From the IMG/VR virus record IMGVR_UViG_3300020044_006473, positions 1 through 32,553 of that record: DNA of 32,553 nt, one strand, 5' to 3'. This document shows positions 9,488-17,775 of this stretch, in pieces. The notes under the pieces were generated by a model that worked only from the letters and a program-made list of their open reading frames with translations, was not told the origin of the DNA and did not search any database. The position numbers and the translations under genes are program-made. Position 1 is the first letter of the stretch. Each line of letters begins with the position of its first letter. This DNA comes from a virus. Lineage: Duplodnaviria; Caudoviricetes.

Positions 9488-9629
9488 CCACTCCTTCGTA
9501 ATGTTGAGCCTAGAGGCCGCCCAGGCTATTCACACTATTACCAAGGTTATTCACAAGAATAACTATCAACGCGACTACCAGAAGCGCTACCGGGCGTTCA
9601 AGAAGACTAGACTCAAGGCTAGGGTATGA
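9375..9629 (+). CDS. Basic hypothetical protein
   Basis: TAATG coupling at 9373-9377 and ATGA coupling at 9626; start uncertain. Confidence 0.55.
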   Translation: MSQPSPVPNPSRESAVSSRKTDGLPALGRAIMAAKKGNHSFVMLSLEAAQAIHTITKVIHKNNYQRDYQKRYRAFKKTRLKARV

Positions 9630-10372
9630 AGTCAATCACGCAAGGCTCTGGCTGGCGGCGGTTTATGGCTGTAGGATGCTCCCACGGCATCTACGCCGAC
9701 CCGAAGGCGGTCGCCGCCGTCCTTGCGTTCAAGAAGGAATTCAAGCCACACACAGTCATCCATCTTGGTGACTTCACGGATATGTCCGCTCACATGGGCG
9801 GCTCTGGCGGCGAAGGCGACGCCATCGCGCCCGACCTAGACGGCGGCCTTGAGTTCATCCGTCAACTCGGCGCCAAGGTTGTCATCGAGGGCAACCACGA
9901 AGCGAGACTCCGTCGGGATCTACGCTCAAGCAACCAACTTCGCGTCCGTGCGGCCGAGACATCCCTTGAGGCTATCCAGGCTACCTGTTTAAAACAAGAC
10001 GCCCTCTACATCCCCTACACCGGGGTCTGGCAAGTCTACAAGTTGGGCAACTACACCTTTACGCACGGAACCATTTACAACGAGAATTCAGCCCGAGATA
10101 TGGCCGAGATGTATGGCAATGTGATCTTCGCCCATACCCACAAGACGATGCAACAGGTCGGGCGCCGTATCGATTCCCCCATCGGCATCAGCGTAGGTAC
10201 GCTGACCCGGCGCGGAGCGATGGACTATGCCAACACCCGCCGTTCTACGCTTGGCTGGAGCCAGGGCTTCGTCTACGGAGAATACAACGACACCTCGCTT
10301 CACCCGACGCTCCACACGCACGACAACGGCGAACAATGGCATCTCCCAAATCAGAAGCGCAAAGACTTCTAG
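9626..10372 (+). CDS. Calcineurin-like metallophosphoesterase
   Basis: GCSHG, LGDFTD, GNHE, THG and AHTH metal-binding motifs. Confidence 0.88.
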   Translation: MKSITQGSGWRRFMAVGCSHGIYADPKAVAAVLAFKKEFKPHTVIHLGDFTDMSAHMGGSGGEGDAIAPDLDGGLEFIRQLGAKVVIEGNHEARLRRDLRSSNQLRVRAAETSLEAIQATCLKQDALYIPYTGVWQVYKLGNYTFTHGTIYNENSARDMAEMYGNVIFAHTHKTMQQVGRRIDSPIGISVGTLTRRGAMDYANTRRSTLGWSQGFVYGEYNDTSLHPTLHTHDNGEQWHLPNQKRKDF

Positions 10373-10587
10373 ACCTCATCCACCAGGAGAGGTTATCGGA
10401 AGTTGATAAGATTCCACCTGACTTCTATGATGCCAAGGAGTGGCAGAAGAAGTGGGGTATTTGTCGTACCTCTACTAGGAACGCCCTGAATCTTGCCATC
10501 AAGAAAGGCATCATGGAACGAAAGTTTTTTCGTGTTGCAATCAAGGGTGACTACCGCAGGGTGGGATACTACAGAGCCACCAAATGA
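10336..10587 (+). CDS. Small winged-helix-like protein
   Basis: AKEWQKKWGICRTSTRNALNLAIKKG helix-turn-helix pattern followed by a beta-wing. Confidence 0.6.
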   Translation: MASPKSEAQRLLDLIHQERLSEVDKIPPDFYDAKEWQKKWGICRTSTRNALNLAIKKGIMERKFFRVAIKGDYRRVGYYRATK

Positions 10588-12149
10588 AACCTATCTGCTT
10601 TAAGATCAGGGGCGGCGTCGAGCGTGAAGACGGCTCGCGCGGTTCCACCAACATCGGCAAGATGGCCGGGAAAGGATACCTCGGAAGCGAGGACAAAGCC
10701 TTCACAGTCATCTCCACACAAGACCAATACCTTTTCTCTGGACAAGGCGATGGATCTTACTCATACCCTTTTAACAAGCCACCCATGACTCAAAAGAAAC
10801 TGAAATACCTTTCGCTGTTCAGCGGCATCGAGGCCGCCAGCGTTGCTTGGAAATCACTCGGCTGGGAGCCTGTTGGCTTCTCCGAGATCGAGCCGTTCCC
10901 TTCGGCCGTACTCAAGCATCACTTTCCCAACACACCCAACTATGGCGACATCACAAAATGGAAAGACTGGGGACTCACCCCAGGCTCAATTGACCTTGTT
11001 TGCGCTGGATCACCCTGCCAAGCATTCTCCACAGCAGGCCTCCGAAAAGGACTGGATGACCCTCGTGGCAACCTGGCCCTCGTCACCCTTGGACTTGTTG
11101 AATTTCTTAAACCCAAGTGGTTCCTTTGGGAAAATGTCCCCGGCGTCCTTACATCTGGAGGGGAGCGAGGAGCAGGGTCAGACTTTGCGGCCCTCCTCAC
11201 GGCGCTGGGGGACATCGGGTATGGGTGGTCATACCGCATCATTGACGCTCAACACTTCGGGGTGGCACAGCGAAGACGGCGAATCTGGCTATGCGGCTAC
11301 CGCGACCCTGTCACAGGTACTGGAGACTGGCGATCTCCCGCCGCAGTACTTTTTGACCGCGAAAGCCTGCGCTGGAATCCTTCGCAGGGCATCGGCTCGC
11401 GGCAAGCCTCTCCCCGAAATGCTCCGAAGGGCGCTGGAGAAGAAGGTAGCCGAGGGTGCTTCTGGGACGGAGGACAAGTAACCCAGACGCTCGACGCCGT
11501 GCTGGCGAAAGGCCAGACTATGCCAGAGAAGAACCGCTTCCCGGCCGTCCTCGTACCCGAGCCTGTTGTGCTTGATCGTGCGGCGTTCAACCAGGGCGAG
11601 AACGCCCAGTACGACCCGCACATCAAGCAGGAGGAGCAGATGGTCACCTTGGTTGCCAAGGGGCCACACGCCGTGGGCCAGCCTATCCCCATCAACACCG
11701 AGAATATGTCCCCGAGTTCAACCTCTTGGGGTAATACCATCGGTGAGCCGGGAGACCCGCAGTTCGCCATCACGAAGTCCCATTGCCAAGCCGTTGCCCA
11801 GCCTATCATTACCTCTGCGCTTACCACGGCGAAGGGATCTCGCGGTGGATGCTCCGACGAGGCCATTGATGAGATTGCGAAGGTTGCCCAGGCCAGCAAT
11901 TACGAGATGCTTGTGCGGCGTCTCACCGAAAAAGAATGTGAGCGACTCCAGGGCTTTCCCGATGACCACACCAAGATTCCGTGGAAGGGTAAGCCCGCTG
12001 ACGCCTGTCCTGCTGGCCCCCGGTATAAGGCTATTGGTAACTCCTGGGCCGTGCCTTGCGCCAAGTGGATCGGCGAGCGCATTGCAATGATTGAATCTAT
12101 CCAAGATGAAGCGAAAAACAAAACTGGCGAAGGAACGAGCGAGGCTTGA
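10584..12149 (+). CDS. DNA (cytosine-5) methyltransferase, probably multispecific (several TRD-like modules); second start at 10785
   Basis: Motif I LFSGIE, IV GSPCQAFS, VI ENVPG, VIII QRRRR, IX RRLTEKECERLQGFP, X YKAIGNS; long modular variable region. Confidence 0.93.
   Translation: MKPICFKIRGGVEREDGSRGSTNIGKMAGKGYLGSEDKAFTVISTQDQYLFSGQGDGSYSYPFNKPPMTQKKLKYLSLFSGIEAASVAWKSLGWEPVGFSEIEPFPSAVLKHHFPNTPNYGDITKWKDWGLTPGSIDLVCAGSPCQAFSTAGLRKGLDDPRGNLALVTLGLVEFLKPKWFLWENVPGVLTSGGERGAGSDFAALLTALGDIGYGWSYRIIDAQHFGVAQRRRRIWLCGYRDPVTGTGDWRSPAAVLFDRESLRWNPSQGIGSRQASPRNAPKGAGEEGSRGCFWDGGQVTQTLDAVLAKGQTMPEKNRFPAVLVPEPVVLDRAAFNQGENAQYDPHIKQEEQMVTLVAKGPHAVGQPIPINTENMSPSSTSWGNTIGEPGDPQFAITKSHCQAVAQPIITSALTTAKGSRGGCSDEAIDEIAKVAQASNYEMLVRRLTEKECERLQGFPDDHTKIPWKGKPADACPAGPRYKAIGNSWAVPCAKWIGERIAMIESIQDEAKNKTGEGTSEA
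10942..11481 (+). CDS. Nested +1-frame protein resembling the beta polypeptide of M.EcoHK31I-type methyltransferases
   Basis: Stop-free +1 frame 10843-11481; KMSP...SSRRWGTSGM...TLSQVLET...FL...RA..RGKPLP matches my recollection of the beta polypeptide pattern; start uncertain. Confidence 0.65.
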   Translation: MATSQNGKTGDSPQAQLTLFALDHPAKHSPQQASEKDWMTLVATWPSSPLDLLNFLNPSGSFGKMSPASLHLEGSEEQGQTLRPSSRRWGTSGMGGHTASLTLNTSGWHSEDGESGYAATATLSQVLETGDLPPQYFLTAKACAGILRRASARGKPLPEMLRRALEKKVAEGASGTEDK

Positions 12150-12333
12150 GCCTCGTAAGACCTTCGACAAAGCCATCGTTGGAAAGATGCCAAACGGAAT
12201 GCTCATCTATAGTTTTCACGACCTAGTCAAAGTCCTTATCGAAGCCAACAAGAGTTGGGATGAGGAGATGGCTAGGGATTGGATTGACTACAATATCTCT
12301 TGTCTGCCATTGGTGATCAACTACTACAAGTAG
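12106..12333 (+). CDS. Phage hypothetical protein
   Basis: FDKAIVG...IYS...EEMARDWIDYNI pattern; fills the gap before the primase. Confidence 0.7.
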   Translation: MKRKTKLAKERARLEPRKTFDKAIVGKMPNGMLIYSFHDLVKVLIEANKSWDEEMARDWIDYNISCLPLVINYYK

Positions 12334-12339
12334 ACCACG

Positions 12340-14328
12340 ATGACAGCCCAAGACCGAGTCAAGGGGGCGAGAGCCTACCTTGCCAAACTACCTCACGCCG
12401 TTTCTGGACAGGGTGGACATCCAGCCACCTACCGGGCGGCCAGCATCCTCGCCCACGGATTTGAACTGGGATGGGACGATGCGTGGTCGCTCCTCCAGGA
12501 GTGGAACATCTCGCATTGCTCGCCGCCGTGGGGGGAGAAGGATCTGCGCCACAAGTTGAACGACGCCTATGTGAAGCCGCACGAACGCCCGAAGGGCTGG
12601 CTCGGCAAGACCGAGCGAGCCGTAGGCTCCAACGGCCGCATGATGTTCGACCCGAAGCGCGTGGCCGAGATTGCCTTCGGCTCCGTGCCTATCGGTACGG
12701 CTGATCTCCTCTTCGCCGCCTTCAAGGATGACGAGGTGGTCTGCATCACCAACGAGGCTGGGCAGAACGATGACGGCAAATACTTCCCGGCCAGCAAGGG
12801 CAACTTCCTTACGCGAGCCGAATGGATCGCCCGCTTCTTCGGCCCCGATGCCAAGGGCAAGAAGCACTACCAGCAGTCCGAGCAGGGCGCCTGGATTCGC
12901 ATCAATCCGTTCAAGGCCGATGACTTCAATGGCACGGACACTTCGGTATCGGCATATCGCCATGTACTTGTCGAATTTGACAAGAAAAGTAGAGATGAGC
13001 AGATCGCCATCTTCCATCAGTCAAACCTCCCCATCACGGCGTTGATTGAGTCGGGCGGCAAGTCCGTCCACGCTTGGGTGCGGGTTGATGCCGAGACCAA
13101 GGAGCAATGGGAGGAGCGTCGTAATACTGTGTATGACTTCCTCACCGACCACGAACCCGACCCCCAGAACAAGAACCCCTCCCGCTGGTCTCGCCTGGGC
13201 GGCGTGATGCGCGGGGAGAAGGAGCAGAAGGTTCTGGCGCTCAAGGTTGGCTCCGAGGACTGGGACTCTTGGGTAATCTGGAGGGACGGCCAAGACCTCC
13301 CCGACGAACTCCGCACGGACTTCCTAGAGACCTACGACACCCAGCACGACCCGAACCACATGATCGGCCACGGCCGCTGGCTGTGCCGTGGCGGCTCCCT
13401 GCTCATCACCGGGCAGTCTGGTATCGGCAAGTCCTCATTCACGATGCAGACGGCCTGTTCGTGGGCGCTGGGTCGGGAACTGTTCGGCATCCCAGTCAAG
13501 CGAGCGCTCCGCGTGGGCGTCATCCAGGCCGAGTGCGATGTCGGCGACTTGGCCGAGTCCTACCAAGGGGTGACCTCGGCGATGAACCTGTCCAGGGAGG
13601 ACAAGGTACTCCTGCGCGAGAACCTCCGCTTCTTCACCGAGACCACCAAGACCGGGAAGGACTTCGCTGACCTAGTCCGCAAGATCGTGGTGCGGATGCA
13701 ACTTGATGTCATCTTCTGCGACCCTCTGCTCTCCTATGTGGGCGGGGATCTCTCCAAGCAGGAGGTGGCCTCACACTTCCTCCGCAACCTTATCCAGCCT
13801 ATCCTCAAGGACACCGGGTGCATCATCGTCTTCACCCACCACGAAGGTAAGCCAAAGCCCAAGGAGGTCACGGAAGGCCAGACCATCAGCGACATGGCAT
13901 ATTCTGGACTGGGAAGTTCCGAACTCGTAAACTGGGCGAGGGCGATCATCAATGTCCGTCGCGAGTCGAAGGACTACCCGATCTTCTCGTTCAACCTTAC
14001 CAAGCGCGGCAAGTTGGCTGGGATGCGGATGCCCGACGGCAAGCCCACCCTGTCCATCAAGTTGCGCCACGCCGAGGGCAAGGTACTCTGGGAGGTGGCG
14101 CCGCTGTCCTCCAAGTTTGAACTCCTCAAGGTTGGGGAGCAGTACGCCCACTTCGCCTCCAAGCCCTGCACCTCTAGGGGGGCTATGCTCAAGGAACTGG
14201 AAACGGACTATGGCCTCGACCAAGACCAAGCCTCGGCTCTCATCAAGGCGATGGTCACCAACGGCATCATTGCGCCCAAAAAGGTGGGCGCCGCCCTGTT
14301 TTACACCGGGACGGCCCTGCCAGAATGA
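12340..14328 (+). CDS. Primase-helicase (PriCT-like + AEP/RepB-type primase + AAA_25/RepA-like helicase)
   Basis: WN..HCSPPW helical domain; VLVEFD and SGGKSVHAW primase motifs; Walker A GQSGIGKS; Walker B IFCDP; THHEGK. Confidence 0.88.
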   Translation: MTAQDRVKGARAYLAKLPHAVSGQGGHPATYRAASILAHGFELGWDDAWSLLQEWNISHCSPPWGEKDLRHKLNDAYVKPHERPKGWLGKTERAVGSNGRMMFDPKRVAEIAFGSVPIGTADLLFAAFKDDEVVCITNEAGQNDDGKYFPASKGNFLTRAEWIARFFGPDAKGKKHYQQSEQGAWIRINPFKADDFNGTDTSVSAYRHVLVEFDKKSRDEQIAIFHQSNLPITALIESGGKSVHAWVRVDAETKEQWEERRNTVYDFLTDHEPDPQNKNPSRWSRLGGVMRGEKEQKVLALKVGSEDWDSWVIWRDGQDLPDELRTDFLETYDTQHDPNHMIGHGRWLCRGGSLLITGQSGIGKSSFTMQTACSWALGRELFGIPVKRALRVGVIQAECDVGDLAESYQGVTSAMNLSREDKVLLRENLRFFTETTKTGKDFADLVRKIVVRMQLDVIFCDPLLSYVGGDLSKQEVASHFLRNLIQPILKDTGCIIVFTHHEGKPKPKEVTEGQTISDMAYSGLGSSELVNWARAIINVRRESKDYPIFSFNLTKRGKLAGMRMPDGKPTLSIKLRHAEGKVLWEVAPLSSKFELLKVGEQYAHFASKPCTSRGAMLKELETDYGLDQDQASALIKAMVTNGIIAPKKVGAALFYTGTALPE

Positions 14329-14399
14329 CAAAAAGGCACCGCCAAGGCGTTATCGTGGACTGGTTGGTATCCTGCTATACCCCTTTTGGGGTAAAGCGG

Positions 14400-14705
14400 C
14401 TACGCCCTAAAGCCCTTGATGGTTCTGATGGCCTTGGAGATCAGTTCGGGGGAGGCAAACCCAGCCATCCCGGCCACCGCAAGGTGGAAGGAGTTGAGCG
14501 CCTCGGTGAACCAACCCTTGGAGGCCAGACCGACAAGCACGGCAACCAGGGCGGCGAGGATGGTCTGAACCGCAAGGGCTGACCAACTCTCCTTCCTGTC
14601 GGAGCAGAGGGCGCGGATGACGAAGGCGCCTACGCCCATTCCTGCGGCGATTGCGCCGTCTCTGACTTCGGCTGGGATTTCTGGTGGGGTCGGGGAAGGA
14701 CTCAT
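14400..14705 (-). CDS. Holin (about 3 TM helices, LydA-like)
   Basis: Three hydrophobic segments, AGMAGFASPEL, basic C-terminus; last gene of the late arm. Confidence 0.7.
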   Translation of the reverse strand: MSPSPTPPEIPAEVRDGAIAAGMGVGAFVIRALCSDRKESWSALAVQTILAALVAVLVGLASKGWFTEALNSFHLAVAGMAGFASPELISKAIRTIKGFRA

Positions 14706-15391
14706 CGCTTGTTGACCGAGTCCCTAACCTTATCGAAAGCCCACCACAGCCCCAGGCCAGAACAGGCAACTAGGGTAGTGGCGGCGATGTACTCGAAATA
14801 GGGCGAGTCGATGATGAAGGGTACGGAACCGCAGAAGGCGCCAGCCATCAAGATGGGGATGCCAACTCGGAGAGAGGCGAAGGCACAGGCAAGGCCACCG
14901 ATGACGGCGAGCGCCGCCCCGGTGATAGTCCAGATGTTATGGGAAGCCTCGCGCTTGACACGCTCAACCTCGGCCTGGAGTTCCTTGATCTTGGCGTCCT
15001 TGAGGTCAGAGACGCGCTTGGCCTCCTTCTGGTCGGCCTCCATCTTCGCCCAGTCGGTGTTGATCTTGGACAGGAGTTTCTTGCCGTACTCTTCGGCGGC
15101 CTTGTAGTCCTTCTGGTCGGCCTTGGCGGCTCGCTGTCTGGCGAAGGCCAAGTCTGCCTCGCTAGGCGCCGGGAGATAGGACGATGCCACGCCCAGTTCG
15201 GCGCGGACAACGGCTGGCTTCTCGGCGTTCTCTTTGGCGATGGCAACGGCGGCGCTGACCCGGTTGTCCATCTTGTCGAGATCCTTGCCGACCTCCTGGA
15301 CTACAGGGGTGACAGGAGCGTCGGGTTGCTTGGGTAGGTCACCTTTCGTGGCGCACCCAACCAGCAGGACGACTGGGAAGGTGCGCCACAT
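14702..15391 (-). CDS. Lipoprotein with coiled coil and C-terminal TM helices, spanin candidate
   Basis: Lipobox LVGC (Cys13), helical middle, 2-3 TM segments, next to the holin. Confidence 0.65.
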   Translation of the reverse strand: MWRTFPVVLLVGCATKGDLPKQPDAPVTPVVQEVGKDLDKMDNRVSAAVAIAKENAEKPAVVRAELGVASSYLPAPSEADLAFARQRAAKADQKDYKAAEEYGKKLLSKINTDWAKMEADQKEAKRVSDLKDAKIKELQAEVERVKREASHNIWTITGAALAVIGGLACAFASLRVGIPILMAGAFCGSVPFIIDSPYFEYIAATTLVACSGLGLWWAFDKVRDSVNKR

Positions 15392-15395
15392 CGGA

Positions 15396-15524
15396 TTACT
15401 CCTTGGACTTGAGAGCGGACAGCAGTTCCTTGCCCTTGGCGAGTTTGGAACTGTTGGCGTTCTTGACGCCAGCGTAGAAACCGCCAGCGAAGCCGATGAT
15501 GAGGGAGATGAGTGCGATGATCAT
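15396..15524 (-). CDS. 42-aa membrane-anchored peptide (not in the ORF track)
   Basis: My translation: MIIALISLIIGFAGGFYAGVKNANSSKLAKGKELLSALKSKE; fills the intergenic gap almost exactly. Confidence 0.75.
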   Translation of the reverse strand: MIIALISLIIGFAGGFYAGVKNANSSKLAKGKELLSALKSKE

Positions 15525-15527
15525 AGA

Positions 15528-17699
15528 TTAAGCGGGGCGAAGGCCCAGGCGATAGTTAACGCCGTTGATGGTGACCAGGAGGTCGAGGGTGTCAGAGCCT
15601 CCAGTATGTGAAGTCGTTCCAGTAGGATTGAAGACCAGTCCGTTGAACGAGATGCCGTTGGCATCAACCTTGATGGCGGCAGTAGCGTCCGGGGCAGTTC
15701 CAACGCCGACCTTGCCGAACTGATCTACCACGAAGCGCGTGGTGTCAGGGCTGGTGCTGTCTTCAACTTCGATGGCGTTGCCAGTACCTCTCTGCGTCAC
15801 CCGCAAGGCGGCAAGAGTGTTGCTCGTATCGACGGCCTGTGGCTGATTGAAGGTATTGCCCGAAGTAGTAGAAGCACACACCCTAACGATGCCGTTGCCG
15901 TCTCGGAAGTTGAGGTTGGTGCCAGCGGTAGGAATCCAGATATCACCATTTACAGTAGCGCTTGCGCTTGTGCCGCCGATTCCGATGTTCAGTCCAGCCG
16001 CACCACCGACGGAAGTGAAGTTGGTCTTTCCAGAGAAGGTTACTCCAGCATTGACCCAAGACCTTGAAGCAACTGTTTCGGGGAGGTTCTGGCCGTTGCC
16101 GTAGATAAGATTGGTTCCATTGAAACTCAAATCACCCCAGGCGATATATGAGGCGCCGCCTGAAAATGGGCCGAAGCGGATGCGAGAACGGCCATCCGAG
16201 TCCACTCCAGACACATCAAGATGACCATTATCCTGGAACCCAAGAGTCCAAGTGAAATTCACTCCACCTGTGAAGGTAGCGCCATCAAGCCTTGCGTAAT
16301 CGTTGAAAGAGGCAGATGTAAGGTAGCCCTGCGAAGTGACCCACGACTCCGTGGCGTAGCCAGTCAGCGCGGACGAGTCGATGAACCCAGCCGGGTTGCT
16401 GGCGTCGTACTTTTCGTTGAGCGCGGATTGGAGATCGGTCTGGTCAGAGAGAGTTCCATTGATATTTCCCCAGACAGAACCAAGACCAGAAAGATCAGAA
16501 GCAGTAACAAGCGGATTGGCCGCCGAAGGGGAGTCGGCTCCATTGAGAGCGCCGACGATATCAGAGCCTAGGGTCTCTACGCCAAGGTTCTGCCAGATGA
16601 CATCCTGCGTGGCGCTGTCCGGGTTCTGGTCAATGTCGCGACGGACGAAGCGGGCGTTAGCAACCTGTTCAGAGAGGGCCACTCCGAGAGGGAGCGGGGT
16701 GATGACGCCGTCAGAGATGACATCAGCGAAGATATTGCAACCAGTCTGGATCAGCGTGTAGCGCTTGTCGTCCACGCTGATTGAAACTTCAATCGTGGTG
16801 TTCTTGCCTTCGGCTCCAGCAAGGAACTGGTGGCACTCGGCGGTGGCGAAGTTGATCGTTCCGCTGTAGCCGTTATAACCGATGAGGTTTCCGCTGGCTA
16901 GGAGTGCGGTGTCCTCGTCGAGTACGATATCCCATTGGTACTGCCCGGTGGAGAAGACCTGTGCGTCAAGCGCATTGGCGATGGTCGTGGTATCGGAAGC
17001 CACATCGATGGTTGCAGTCTTCGTTCCGTAGGAAAGGGTCATCGTCCCGGCCTTGGGCTGGGGGTAGATTGTGACGCGCCAGATGACGGAAGATCCGTCC
17101 CAAGCCTTGACCAGGGAGGAGGTGATGGACGGAGCGGGAAGCGGCGTCCAGGTCGTGCTTAAAGCAATCGGATTCTGGCGCAGTTCAACAAAAACAATTT
17201 GCCGATGGTTGGCATTACCAGCCTGGACGAGGCTAATGGACTGGTAGGAGGAAGGGGTAAGGGTATCGGAGCCGATGCTGATGGTGGGTTTGAGGCCATA
17301 GGTGTTCCAGGTGATGGTGTAACCTTCCCCAGTCTTGGACACGGAAACCCCGCCAGCGGCCGTAACCGAGGATAGGGCGTTAAGCGTGGCGGCAACCTGT
17401 GTGGTGGTTGCGTTGTAGGGCATAGGGGCGGTCTCTGCCTCATCCACAGACAGTTCCCAAGAGCCACCAGTAGGGTAAGCATTGGTATCACCAACGGCCA
17501 CGCTAATCTCCGCGCCAGCCGGGAAGGGTACATCGATAGGGGTGACGCCAACTCCAGCCGAAATCACCATGTAAAGTTCAAGGTTGGCTACATTGCCCTG
17601 ATAGAACGAAGGAGCGCTGGCCTGGATGAACGAAGTCTGGTTAGCCAACAGACGATTAGAGTCCGTTGCCATCCAAAAGCGGTAGGTGTTGATAGCCAT
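15528..17699 (-). CDS. Tail fibre / receptor-binding protein
   Basis: 723 aa, G/T/S-rich; QTDLQSAL, YDASNPAGFI and YATESWV fibre motifs; distal position in the tail module. Confidence 0.8.
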   Translation of the reverse strand: MAINTYRFWMATDSNRLLANQTSFIQASAPSFYQGNVANLELYMVISAGVGVTPIDVPFPAGAEISVAVGDTNAYPTGGSWELSVDEAETAPMPYNATTTQVAATLNALSSVTAAGGVSVSKTGEGYTITWNTYGLKPTISIGSDTLTPSSYQSISLVQAGNANHRQIVFVELRQNPIALSTTWTPLPAPSITSSLVKAWDGSSVIWRVTIYPQPKAGTMTLSYGTKTATIDVASDTTTIANALDAQVFSTGQYQWDIVLDEDTALLASGNLIGYNGYSGTINFATAECHQFLAGAEGKNTTIEVSISVDDKRYTLIQTGCNIFADVISDGVITPLPLGVALSEQVANARFVRRDIDQNPDSATQDVIWQNLGVETLGSDIVGALNGADSPSAANPLVTASDLSGLGSVWGNINGTLSDQTDLQSALNEKYDASNPAGFIDSSALTGYATESWVTSQGYLTSASFNDYARLDGATFTGGVNFTWTLGFQDNGHLDVSGVDSDGRSRIRFGPFSGGASYIAWGDLSFNGTNLIYGNGQNLPETVASRSWVNAGVTFSGKTNFTSVGGAAGLNIGIGGTSASATVNGDIWIPTAGTNLNFRDGNGIVRVCASTTSGNTFNQPQAVDTSNTLAALRVTQRGTGNAIEVEDSTSPDTTRFVVDQFGKVGVGTAPDATAAIKVDANGISFNGLVFNPTGTTSHTGGSDTLDLLVTINGVNYRLGLRPA

Positions 17700-17704
17700 A
17701 GTCC

Positions 17705-17724
17705 TATGCCTAGCCCCCTGTCAA
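17705..17724 (-). promoter_or_regulatory. Late element copy 1 (TTGACAGGGGGCTAGGCATA)
   Basis: Matches TTGAC-N4-GGC-N-A-N4-YA; upstream of the tail fibre gene. Confidence 0.65.
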
Positions 17725-17775
17725 AAGGGGGTAAAGGTCAAAATGCGGTCAATTTCCTAGCAGGAGTGGCTAGGG

